Below are positions 25,401 through 37,609 of a DNA stretch of 64,000 bases, piece after piece (position 1 is the first letter of the stretch; every line of letters begins with the position of its first letter). Position numbers and translations under genes: made by a program. The stretch comes from Convolutriloba macropyga (taxonomy: Eukaryota): the NCBI RefSeq assembly GCF_964194025.1, contig NC_134482.1:7688001-7752000 (forward strand). The letters run 5' to 3'. Under the pieces are notes generated by a model. It worked only from the letters and a program-made list of their open reading frames with translations, searched no databases and was not told the DNA's origin.

Positions 25401-27654
25401 GTGTGTGGGGTCTATTGTTTGTGTATCTGGTTTGACTTGCCTGTCTCTCATTTTTTTCATCAATTCTTACTTTTATTGGAGTATCTTTCGTGATCTTTGG
25501 CGTTCCGAATAGAATGCCAAAGATCACGTGTTTCGTTCAAATCGGTTAGTGTTTCGTTCAACTTTTTCAGCTTGTTACACTTATTTGATTGTTAGTGTTT
25601 CGTTCAACTTTTTCAGCTTAGTGTTTCGTTCAACTTTTTCAGCTTGTTACACTTACTTGATTCTAGAGAGAAAAATACTGTTTAAATGATTTTGTTAAGG
25701 AATTTATATTAAATTAATTAAACTATTCACTTCCAGCGAGGAATTTGATGATTTTGCTTTCGCGCATCATATTGTTGCTTCGTGAATCTTTTTTAATTCA
25801 CTACTTCGCGTTGCGATTGAGGGATTCTGAGTGATATTTAAAATATTTGTGTTAAGTGACGGACATTTCCGGGTGAGTCGACTTGTGTAACGGCTGCTAT
25901 TCTATCAAAGACAAGGCAAACTTTACACCGCCAGTTTATTTCAGCGGTTTCAAATCTCTCAGGATAATATGTTTTTGCTTCTAACTTTTGTGAACGGTCT
26001 TTTGAGTTATATTAGGAATTCTGTTCCTCGGAAACAAATAATGATGATATCAAAGTTAAATCTCTTTTTCAAAATTAAGTCCAAACTGCACAATCAGTTA
26101 TATAATTTAAAGAGACAAAACACGCTAACAAGTAATTTAACCCTCAGGAAATGTGCTTCAAACTTTGTGTCAAATTAAAATGAATTTCGACTGTGATCAA
26201 CAGGAACTAGTATTTTTTCAAGCTCAATTTTTATCCTGTTTACAAGTCAAAATTGCATCTTTGATTGGTTGTAAATAACTTTTTCTTCAGATTGTCTGAA
26301 TTTGCAGAGTTCGGCGTTTGGGATACCGTACAGGGCACCCCGTACTCTCTGAATTTGTTGGAAAACTTCAAAAAATCACTACAACTAGCTTACCAATTTT
26401 GGTGTCTTTATGTCCCTCTCAGCTCAATAGATTGTATCGTTGAAAGTAATAGTAGAATTGGTTTCGTCAATGGAGAACGTGTGGCAATACTCATTTATTG
26501 ATAGTAGAGCCGGTTTGAGTTCGAGTTAAATTTTGACTTCATATTTTAATCATAGTTACATAATTATAAATGTTGAACACAATGAACAGACAATCTGGCT
26601 TCGATAAAGTGTAGCATTAGGTTTCGCTTCTCAAGCTTTTCTAATTTCACTGCTCAAATTGGCCCTGAAATGTTGTTCTATTTAGTTATTTAATGTGTTA
26701 AGGTCGGCCGCTACATCACCGGCGTTTTTTTCATGAAATCTGTTCTCCCATTCTGTAGTACACTTCACTACTGGTTTCTTGTAAACTCGTTCTTTCGTTC
26801 GAATTTCCACCGACAGAATCAAACCGTCAGACCTTCGATAGTCTTCGTAATTACAACCAGATTGTTGTATCGTCTATTGTCGGTATCTTCGACCAACAAT
26901 ACGGGATCACCTTCGTTAACGTTTTCGTTTGTTGTAGATCTCTATTCTGGCCGATTATTCAAAGTTTGCATGTACTCTTTACGAAATCTATCCCACACGA
27001 GACTTGCGTATGCTTGAGGTGATTGGAGGTCAATGCCTCAAAGTCATTAAGAAGTGAACTGACTGGAGACAACGGTCTTGCGTTCAACGTTTATTCCAAA
27101 ATGCACATTGTGGTTCAAAAAACGTCTTCGGTGAGTGATTTTTTCATCAACACAGCATACATAGCGATTTTGCAACTTGTAATCAGTCGCTTTCATACTC
27201 CTCTAAATTAAGGCGCGGTGGGTTTGGTGAACCTCCATCTGATTCCTTGTCCAATCAGATTTTCCTCGATCCTTTCTTTGTTCCATGCCGCAACGTACTC
27301 TGCAAACTCTCGTTCAGCCTCAACAAAATTTGTTCGGTTGTCACTAATGATATTACTTGGTATGCCTCTTCGTGCAGTGAATCTCGTAATTGCATTGGGA
27401 CAACTTTCTGTGTCTAACTTAAAAACCACTTCTACATGCTGCGCTTTAAAATTTAGACAGGTGAACAAAAAAGCACCATCCATTTTCATTCCTTTGCCCG
27501 CTTTTTGCAATCAAAGTGCTGTAGTAATTCACTCTAACAATTGCAAAAAGAGTTGAGGCTTCTATTTTTTATCAATGTAAATCGGCTATTACTGGTAACA
27601 CTTTTTGTGCTATCGTCTTTTTGTCCTTTCTTTGTGCCCTTTCTGTTCTCGCTG
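22430..27654. repeat. ~2.6-kb tandem duplication spanning the BEL 3' LTR/flank junction
   Basis: 22430-25014 repeats as 25013-27654: Gypsy integrase flank + LTR (23230-24059 / 25886-26715) + BEL integrase fragment (paralogous ORFs 24562-24870 and 27208-27510). Confidence 0.9.
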
Positions 27655-30600
27655 CAGTAGCTGGAGGCGACTGCATCTGCCGTTGATCTTTCTTCGACGC
27701 TGATTCTAAGTGTTGCTAATTTTCACTTGCTCAATGCTCGCTGTGCGTAAGTTTTTGTATTTACTGGTCTGTTAAAATCACTGAACCTTTCCCACTTAAA
27801 AACAGCTGCCCTTTCTTCAACTTGTATCACGAAGACTGATAACGGTGTATTTTGTCCTCTGAGGCAAACATTAGATTCAATTGCTCTGGACACTCACTCT
27901 CTGGTTGCTGCAACCGGGTCGGCCCAATGAGCCTCTGCACACTGGATTTTCTCTGAGCACTTGAAGACTATCATCAGTAATAGTCCATTGTATTCCGAGT
28001 AAAGAGGATCCCTCGTTATAAGGTTCCACATTGATCTGCTTCGTGTTGCTGATTGACTTCAGGTCTTCTGGGTTGCTGCAGTAAATTCATAGTTGTTGCT
28101 TATTCACTTCTTCAGCTCAAACCCATGCTGCAAACCCATGCTTGAAGTTTGTATTGCATTGCCCTTGCTGTGGTTAGACTCGTTTCTTCATTATCGAATC
28201 CCACTCGCTTGAGAGCATAATTTGCGCGAGTTGGAGAACTCTTGGCTCCAAAAATGGCGCTGATATCCGTATTTTGCAACTGGTTTGTTAGTTCTGGTAA
28301 GCCACAGAAATCTCAAGCAGATTTTGTCCTGTTCCAGAAGTTGCATTTGCAGAAACATTGATTCGATGTTCGCTGTCAGGTCAATTGATCCTTCAGGAAA
28401 TCTGAATATTGTCCCAAACAACCATTCAGTAGATCTGGTACTGCTAGTAACTAGTGGTTTAGGCATACTTCTTTGTGAAAACACGCCTTACTTCGCCTGG
28501 CTTGTTCGGGATTACCACGGTATGGTGGGGCAGATACCACCCCTTCCCGAAAGAGTTCTTATTACGGATTCGTTTAGTACTTCTATGAATCCATTCTATA
28601 AATCTCTATCTGTATCTACTGACTGTAGATACAAACTTTTCAGGTTCGGATCTCTTTTGACCTTCTGCTCCAATTAGTAATGCTGACTCAAGGCTGAGCT
28701 GTAATTGTATGGCAGGTTGGGCTCTGGTTCACTCACCAGTATTCCCACTTCGTTCAGCTCACCTGTAAACTCCTTCGTGCTGTCTAGCATCTTTTGTGCC
28801 TGCATTTTTTCTTCGACTGAGTGACGAAGCTTGACTTTGGAAGCACAAATTTCTATGTCCCACCAGGTTTGGGTATTCTTTGCGAAGGCAAAATGAAAAA
28901 CTATCTGCGTTTTTTTACCCATCAGCGTTCCACTTACTAACCATCCTAGCTCTGTTAGAACGGCGAAAGATTCACTTCCTTTCCTGTCATGTAGTCCGGT
29001 TGATGTTGTAGCTCATAAACATCTTCTCCATGGATGATGCCAACATCCGTCAGGTTCAAGCTCTTGTTCCTCAGAGCAATTGAGAGGTGTGCAAACGCTT
29101 CAACTGAATTCACCTTTGAATGTAGTCCCTCTATTTTGAGAGGAGTTTTTTCTGTCTTCAGATCCTTTGTTCCGTGTATGTCAGCTATGTTGAGTGTAGC
29201 AACAGCGCAGCACCGGGCTCGTAACCTCTCTTGCACCTTTTGGTCGGTAAATGAAAAACTGTTGATCCAATATCGAGGAAAGCATATATGTTCAGCCTGT
29301 TGCCATCGCTCTATATTGAGACACTGATTGTCTGAAGGAAGCTCGTAAATTCTTTAGTCGGATTGGTTGTTGCTGCGCTTACATTGACTGCATGATTGCT
29401 CTCTTCCATTTGGTTATCTTGGCGTAGGGATCGGTTGTGATTCCTGATACATCCGTTGATACCACCTGTTTTGACTCTACAAGCTTTGATAGCTTGTCAT
29501 TTGACCAGAAATCTGTAATAAAAGCGTTGCTTTCTAACTGCTGCATACCGATCATTCACACTCATGTTCCCCAACAATGGACAGTTACAAATCTTATGAG
29601 TGCCATCAACTAGCGGAAAGTGATCATTTTGGATTCGCTTTACTTTTTAAGTAGCATTAACGTTTGGTGTCTCTGAAAAACATTTGCATCTATTCAGTCC
29701 TCTTCGGGCTTCTTCTTTTTGCCTTTTGCTGTCCCCTGAAAGCTGAAAACCCTTCGTGCACAAATGCCATTCTAGATTACCACTTTTCAAACATAACCTG
29801 ACCAGGCCGGTCATCATCTTTACCATCAGCGTAGCACCACCCTTTCTATTTGAGAATTTACGGTACTTTTTCTACTGCCCTATACAATGCCGAGATTGGT
29901 TGCAGATCACCACTCTACTTGTACTTTTTGAGCACTTTCACAAATTTGGAGACAATACCTGAGAAAATGATCAGTCCTGTTGAGTTGTGTAGTTTCAACT
30001 GACTACCCTTGCAAAGACTCTACAGCATGTGCATGAATGATTGCAAGATGCCTTCCAAAATTCCTGTCCAGAGTGCTCCAAGCAGCACCATAGAAAACAC
30101 CAAGAATAGCCCTTTCCACAGACTGCTGAATTTGTCTTGCCTTTCAGTAGAGTCTTCAGGTGGCTCAATTTATGTGAGTCTGGAATTGGTCGTTGATCCA
30201 CTGTAGCAATAAACATACTAGACCACTCCGGCTATTTGAAAAGGTTTCCCTTGAAGTTGTTCAGCTTCAGCTTAGGTAGGTTGCTGCTAACCGATTATCG
30301 TAAACCATCTCTGTGTTAAACGTGGCGGTCCTTGTGAACGACGCCTGATGAACGGTCACCTGGATTTCGATATCGCAAAAAGTGACTATGCGGTTCAGTT
30401 CAGGGGTTATTTCTTACCACTTCAGTTGCTTGGGCATTTTCTGCTCTAGAAGGTGAAGAGTCCATTAGAAGATGCCATTAGTTTATTGGGTCAATCTTTT
30501 TCTTCGATTCTTTTGCAGCCAAAACTTCGTTTAGTGCTAACTTCATCCCCTAAATTCTGATACTTCTTGTTGTATTTGTGTTTGAGCTGCTTATCGATGC

Positions 30601-31646
30601 TTTTCTCTGCTAATTATGCTTGGGTTGCTTGGTTGCTGTTCGCTTTTGCTTTGTTTTCTCCTTTGAAGCAGAGTTTGCGCTCCAATTTTATTATTAAACT
30701 GCACCTTTCTCTTTGGCTCTCTGTCGGTGAGGTGTTGATTCGTTTGATTGTCTTTAGTGGGTGCGTTTGGCATTTTCTTCGTAAGATTGAACAGCAGTTT
30801 GTCTTCCACGGTCCGCGTCGGCGGATCAAATGTAACAGCTGCTCTCCTATCAAAGACAGCAAAAGGATCCCAGTTCGTTTCAGCGGTTTTCAATTTGTCC
30901 GGATATTACGCTTTTGCAACCAACTTTTGTGAACTTTATTATCCGCTATATTAGAAACTTTGTTCCTCAGAAAGATGATGCAAAAAATCAAAGTTAATTT
31001 TCTTTTTAGAAGTCGACGTTTGGTCAAAACTGTACAATCACTAATATAGTTCACAGAAACAAGACGCGATAACAAGTAATATAACGCTCAAGAAATCTGC
31101 TTCAAATCAAACTGTATGTCAGTATAAAACGAACTTTGACAGTGATCAACTGGAACTTTGGTATTTTTCTAAGCTCAATATATACTGCGTCACCTGTCAA
31201 AATTGCATCTTTGAAGGGTTGTAGACATCTATGAGTTCAAATGCTCTGGTTTCACTAAGTCCGGGGTCCGGGATAGCATTTAAGTGCCCCGTACTCCCTG
31301 AAAAGGTAGGAAAATTACAATATTCACTACAACTAGCTTACCAAATTAGGTATCTTTTAGTCCATTTCACCCCAATTCATTCTAACATTGAACGTAATAA
31401 TAGATTTGGTTTAGTCGATGGAGAAGGCGTGGAAATACTGATTTAGTGATAGTATATTTAAGTTAAGCTTCTTGTACTATTAATAGATGTCTAAGTATAG
31501 TCGATGAACAAAATGAACAAATCAATATGGCTTCGATATACGGTAGCATTAATTTTTGCTTGTCAAGCTGTTCTAATCTTACTGCTAAAATTGGCCCGAA
31601 AAATTGTTCAATTTTTTAACTCAATATGTAAAGGTCAGCTATAACA
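25886..31646 (-). mobile_element. Degenerate, internally deleted BEL/Pao LTR retrotransposon
   Basis: LTRs 30831-31646 (TGTTATAG...GTTACA, then PBS-like TTTGATCC) and 25886-26715. Gag fragment (KLSHLKTLLKG), RT fragment (ANIESMFLQ), integrase (FTCL..VH.E, RRGIP..IISDN.TNF). Confidence 0.85.
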
Positions 31647-33140
31647 ACGTTTGATTTCGATTGATTGGAAGTTAACTGTGTTAACGAGGAAACGGTTCGT
31701 ACTGCATTTCATTAAATCGAGTTTCGCAACTACGAATAGCTCATCGTATTGGGCAATATTAGGTGCTATTTAGTTGAGTTCGCGGGATATGTAATTAAGT
31801 AGACCCATCTTTGTGCCTGACATATGTTTGATTTCAAACTTAAAGTGTAGTGAACCGTTCACACAAGAATGAGTATGCTGTTTTATGATTTATTTGATCG
31901 ATGCTCTTTTATTATTGAAGTCAAAGCATGGTGGTCTGTTATGACCGTAAGTTTTTGACCATAGAGATAATACATGAAAGGTGCTACGGCCCAACTACCC
32001 CACACAAGTCTAGTTCATACGCTGTATCTGAGATTCAGACTGAGTTTAAGAAACGGGAGGTAAATGCGACAGTTAACCAAACTTCATGATCTAATTGTAC
32101 TTTTGCCGTGCCTAGTCTTGCCTTGATGCGTTGCCTTTTCTTCTAGTTTCAAGATTGGCTGTTGTAATGTCTGTTTTCTGTAGACTCTGCAATGTTAGAT
32201 TTAATTTCTTCGAAATAATCATTTTGCTCCTTGATCCATCAAATTTGTGGGGCTTTTTCAATAGTGATATGAGTGGATGACAAATTTTTGCAAGTTTGGG
32301 AATAATTTTATTTATAGGATGTCCTGAACCAAGGAATTATGTTTTTTTTAGATTAAATGGTGTTTTCAGATTGAGGATAGTGCTCGTATTTAATTCTATT
32401 GGCTGAATTTCACTCTTTTAGAGTTTATACCCGAGCCACTTTACAAATTTTTTTACGAAGTGAAATTTTGGTAAAGTAATTCTTAAGTTTTTTTCGTCTC
32501 GCTTTTTGTGACATTTTTGGACTAATTTCATGTGTTCATCGATCGTACCGCAGCTGACTATTAATATGTCGTCCAAAACAATATGTGTTTGATGTGTTCT
32601 TTAGTTGTATTAGCTTTGTGTCGATGGCTCTTGAAAGACGGCCGGCTTATCCGTTAATCCAAAAAATCCAGTTTTAATTTGGTATATAACTTTATTATTT
32701 CCGCTTAGGATGTTATACTTGTATTGTCTTGCCATCCCAGGATGTAGATTGAGTTGGCTGTAAGCGTATTGCAAGTCTCTCATTGTAAAGAACGATTTGC
32801 TCTCTTCCGCGTTTAAGCTTAACTTTTTTGATATTACTTGAATTAGGCTGTCTTTGTTCGGCATTTGAGCTGTATTAGTTTAATGTGATAAAGATTCCGA
32901 AGATAAAGTGGTTTTCTGAACAGGCAAAAAATTCCTCAATATAACCTTGATTTAGCAGACTTTCTAGCTCTGATTTGACTTTTTCTTGCAATTTTATTGA
33001 TAATTATTTTCTGCTTTTTGAAGTCTTACGTGATAGTTTTTGTGGAATTCTGATTTTACGGTGTTTTTTGACTTACCAAGTCTTCTAATCAGTCATGGAA
33101 GGGTTTTGCTATTTGATGCTTATTCGGAAATGTTGTGTCG

Positions 33141-33470
33141 AATGAATTGACAAATTTGTTGGTTATTGGTTGCTGTGTTATACAGATTCTCAGTATCTCA
33201 AACAGGTCACATCCTTTCAAAGGTCAAAGTCCGTTTCAACTATCACAAATTATACATTTCTGCGTTCCAGTGTTTTTCTTTACATTTTTTTACACTTTTG
33301 CGGGATTTTTGTGTCAATGCAATTGACAAATTTGTTGGTTATTTGTTGTGATGTGATACAGATTTCCAGTATCTCAAACAGATCACATCCTATCAAAGGT
33401 CAAAGTCCGTTTTCAACTATCACAAATTATACATTTTTGCGTTCCAGTGTTTTTGTTTACATTTTTTTTA
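33141..33470. repeat. ~176-bp tandem duplication within Gypsy 2
   Basis: aattgacaaatttgttggttatt...tttacatttttt occurs twice in tandem. Confidence 0.85.
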
Positions 33471-34654
33471 TATTTTTGCGCTCTAGTTTACTTTTGATAG
33501 TGGATAGTACTGTCCCAGGGCTGCGACTGATCCGTTGGAGATTTTTCATAAATGTTTCTCCCAATTTTCCTTTAAACATTTTGCTCCTTTATATTTTCTA
33601 TGATTGTTGCCGCGCGGTTCTTTGTTACAAATGAACAGACAATACCAGAACAAAATTAAAACTTTCAATGGCTATCACCAAATTTGAATCTCATCGCTTA
33701 GCATTGCCGTGCAATTGTCGTCTGATGAACTGTAGTCCGATTTGTATATCGACTTGTAGTTTTCGACGTTAATTATCATTTCATCTTCGATTTGGTTGTC
33801 ATTTTTGATGTTTTGTACGTTTTGGTTTGTCTGTTTTCGCTTGTTGAAATTCGGGTGAGCTAGTTGTTAACGATTAGCGTTGCAATAACTAGTGTTATTT
33901 TGAACGCTTTTGATTGTTGGTTGCTCGGTGCTATTCATGCTCATATCATTTTGTACTCCTATTTTCATGTTTAGCTGTTTGGAGTGCTTCATCGGGGTCG
34001 ATCTTTTAGCGAAGCGTTGAGTTTCGGCGTTTGACAAGTTTTTTATGAATATGTCTTTAATGATTGTCTTTTCACAGTGTTTTTATTTGAAGTTTCCGCT
34101 AGTTTATTAAGCTTGCTACAAAAATTGTCTACAATTTCTTTTTTTTGTTTTCCCGAGAATAACAGGTACCTGTTGAAGGTAATACTGCGGGGTTTATGAA
34201 GAAAGATTCAATTATTGTCCACATTTCGACTGTTTAACTCGCTATTTAACTGCATGATGATCTTTTCGGTCTAAAAAGCTTCGGCCCTCGCTGCCTTTGT
34301 TCAAGTACAAAAGGGAAGCCGATTTTTGATAACAAATGTTCCGTGGTTAGTCGCAACACAGTAATCTGGCCTCTACTGTCCGCTGTCACTTTAACTCTCA
34401 TGATAGCTTTAGTTTTGCGTTTCTGTATTCTCTCTTTCTTTCAGTTACTTCCGTTGGGTCATCGATCTGTTCTTTATAGCTTGGTTCTAGTGGCAAGAGT
34501 AAATTCTCTGAACTTGGTCCAGTAATACATCTAAAGTTGCCCTCCTTGGCTATGACTGCAAGTTTGACTTGTAAGCGCCACTTTCTCCAATGATTGATGT
34601 TTGGTTGATTATTTTACTTTTCCAGTGTGGGATGATTGATAATGGTGTTTTTTT

Positions 34655-34673
34655 GATCCTACTAACTGTGCCA
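34655..34673 (-). promoter_or_regulatory. Gypsy 2 primer binding site (tRNA-Ser-like, degenerate)
   Basis: TGGCACAGTTAGTAGGATC immediately after the 5' LTR, resembling the complement of a tRNA-Ser 3' end. Confidence 0.55.
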
Positions 34674-35199
34674 AGTCGTTCACGCGTACTGTACGATAAA
34701 AGGTTAAGTTGATTTGCGGCTCCAATCACGCAATCTAAAAGGCAGTGATGTTTCCCGGGCCCAATCAGGCTTATTATGTTTATGATTGCTTGGCTATTTT
34801 TTGACAGTTCTGTTTCGTTGAGCTAATCAGGCCTTCAATATATTTGAGCACTAACCTAAATCGCTGAGCGACTTGGACAATATACGCATTTTTTGGAATC
34901 TCCGAGCGAATAGAAATTACAACTCGGAACAATTGAATTTGTAGTGATTAATAAAGAAGCTCAAATCAGAATGATCAACACTATCAACAAGCGCGCATGA
35001 CTTGAAAGGAAGTATGAATAAGTATTTTTTCAAAAAAAGTATGAACAGACTTTACAGGTGAATCTGTTGGAAAAGAAGAATGTGTGAATGAAAAACGATG
35101 CAGAGTTAAACATTTTTTTTGCTTAGAAGGCAACTGAACTTTTAAATAATGATGACTAAGGATGATCAAATTTCGTGTTGTTGGTACCTGTGTACAGCA
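34674..35199 (-). repeat. Gypsy 2 5' LTR
   Basis: Homologous to 17443-17949 and flanked by the AAAAT TSD. Confidence 0.8.
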
Positions 35200-35497
35200 A
35201 AAATAACAAAGTTTTCTTGGGAACCGAAACCAAACATATTGAGAGCATCTTAAGTGAACAACAATTGTGTGGATAAAATTAAACAGTAGGAAGTTTTCTT
35301 GTGTTTGAAACGAAACATACCGTAGAGTTCGTGAAAAATTTTGGTGTTTTTAATCTTATGGACTCGTAACATTAATACGGTCTGATCAAAGTTGGAAGCT
35401 AAAAAAAGCATTTTGCTCATCAGTTTGGTTGATTTCCATTGTAGATACAGAAAAAAACCCAAAAATGAGAAAACATGATTTTTTACAGCCCTTAAAG

Positions 35498-37090
35498 CCC
35501 AGGTTGAGGTCCAGACCCAAATTGAGTTATGAACAGACCCAGTCGAGCGCACACCCGTGTGTTCCCAGACCGAAATTACAGGGTCTTTTCGGAAGTTCGA
35601 GCGCACTACGGTCTGGACCATGGTCTGGAGATGGTCTGATCATAGGTCATTTTGGTCTGAAAAGTCTGATCATAGGCGGATTCGAGCGCAATTGGGTCTG
35701 ATCATAATCTCTTCGAGCGCACTTTTGTCTGATCAGAGGCGACTTCGAGAGCAATTGGGTCTGATCATAACCTCTTCGAGCGCACTTTTGTCTGATCAGA
35801 GGCGACTTCGAGCGCGATTGGGTCTGATCATAACCTCATCGAGCGCACTTGGGTCTGACCAGAAATGCTTTTGAACGCAATTGGGTCTGATCAGGGACCA
35901 TTTCGAGCGCATTTTTTCCCTTTTTTTTGTTTTTTTTTTAATGAGAGATGTTGGCTCTGCCAGGAGGCAGCCATAAAGCAGCGTTCTGATAAGAGACTCA
36001 TCTAAAGTCCGATAGCTCTGATCAGAAAGCAGGAGTCCAGCCGATAACAGAGGCCGGCCCCCTACAGAAGAAACTTTGATCAACTTGAGACCACGATGTT
36101 TGTTATGGAAAGCTGTCTAAACTCATCCATTGAGTCAGAATTATACACTAAAAGGTACACTAAATAAAATTTGTTCTCAACAGTTGGGTTACGGTTTCTT
36201 TAGCACTACTTTTTGTAATTGATTTTTCCTTAGAACAATTAAACACTGCAAACATCATTTTTTTTAAATGAATATATTATAGCAAAATTAGAAGATTTTT
36301 CATAAGTAAAATCTTTCTCTGATCAGACTATTTCGAGCGCACTTGGGTCTGATCATAGGCGGATTCGAGCGCAATTGGGTCTGATCATAACCTCTTCGAG
36401 CGCACTTGGGTCTGATCAGAGGCGACTTCGAGCGCAATTGGATCTGATCATAATCTTTTCGAGCGCACTTGGGTCTGATCAGAGGCGACTTCGAGCGCAC
36501 TTGGGTCTGATCAGAGTTCTAATATTTTTATTCAAATTCATCGCAAATCTTTCATTTTATAGCTAATTTTGCAGTAAATTCTCAACCAACGTGTGTGTAA
36601 GTTTTGTGTGCGTTTATCGGGTAACCGGTTTGTCTGTGTCTGTTTGTCTGTGTCTGCGTGTGTGTGTGTGTGAGTGTGTGTGTTGTGGGTGGGGGTCAAG
36701 CGATGGGGTTAGGGCTGAGAAGAAGGCTGATGAGGGGGGGGGGTTCAACTCGATAGGGGGAGGAGAGTGGACAATTTAAGTGTTGTGGTTAAAGGACGGG
36801 AGGGCTGACGATGGCGATTTTGAGTGTTTTTGATCAGAGTGGTTAGCTGGGAAGGTTTTCTCGACTGCAGAGGCTACTGGGTCTGAAATTGGGTCTGATC
36901 ATAGTCTGATTAAGGACTGGGCAATGGTCTGAATTTGAGTCTGGACCATGGTCTGGGGATGGTCTGATCAGAACTCGTTCGGTCTGGAAAGTCTGATCAG
37001 AACTCATTCAGTCTGGAAAATCTGATCAGAGATAATTTTGGTCTGGAAAGTCTGATCAGAAGCAAATTTGGGTCTGGACCTCAACCTGGG
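35498..37090. mobile_element. Non-autonomous CACTA-type element, family 1, copy B (inverted relative to copy A)
   Basis: TIR CCCAGGTTGAGGTCCAGACCCAAATT / AATTTGGGTCTGGACCTCAACCTGGG, TSD AG. Core 35940-36320 is the reverse complement of ~5500-5880. Contains 63-bp tandem units and a TG-rich insert (~36520-36890). Confidence 0.88.
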
Positions 37091-37285
37091 AGTGAATCTT
37101 TTACTCGTTTTACTACATGAGAAAACCCAATGTTTTATGAGCTACCGGGGCAAGTTACTGTTAACCTAAGACATTTATCAATTATAAGCATATTGGTCTT
37201 GACTGTTAGCGAAAAAATGCCTCAATTGTAAAATAAATTTGGAGAGGCTATCAGCTGAAATTTGTTTCGTGCTAACTGAGGATAC

Positions 37286-37609
37286 CATGGCCGCGTTTCT
37301 CAAAACGGGCACATTTATGTTTTCTTTGATTGTGTACCCCTTTAAAATGATTCGTGTATGCTTATTGCATAGTTGGTTAGAGGGGCTATGGGTTAGAAGA
37401 TCTAGAAGCTTAAAGTTGTGTGGATATGTAACCGACCAGTGATACAGTTTCAAGACTCTCAATGAATTTGCAAATAGATGATTGTAAGAGAACAAACGAT
37501 GCAATTGTCCCCCCTCGGTCACAAGACTAAAATGCAGAAGCAGCCAGTCAAACGTCCACCTGGTGTTACCCACAGTATTCAACATAGAGTCCAAGACACG
37601 ACTCCACTG
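37286..37609 (-). CDS. Candidate exon 2 of the F-box/LRR-like gene
   Basis: Acceptor TTCTAG|CAG in phase 0 with exon 1. Open frame QWSRVLDSML...LRVLKL...NAAM. Weak donor ATG|GTATCC. Confidence 0.5.

Larger units (their letters stand above)
17443..35199 (-). mobile_element. Old Gypsy LTR retrotransposon (Gypsy 2) with nested CACTA and BEL insertions
   Basis: Diverged direct repeats (LTRs) at 17443-17949 and 34674-35199, 5-bp TSD AAAAT on both sides, PPT ATGGAGGAAA before the 3' LTR, PBS at 34655-34673. Degenerate gag (~33800-34673), RT (DLQYAYSQL, 32610-32864), RNase H (~31650-32100) and integrase/C-terminal extension (20110-23229), homologous to the 56754+ element. Confidence 0.85.

Noticed and set aside
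35250-36779. ORFs in CACTA repeats (also 6186-6386, 18030-18266, 19698-20253)
   Set aside because: Chance open frames in tandem repeats and a TG microsatellite.
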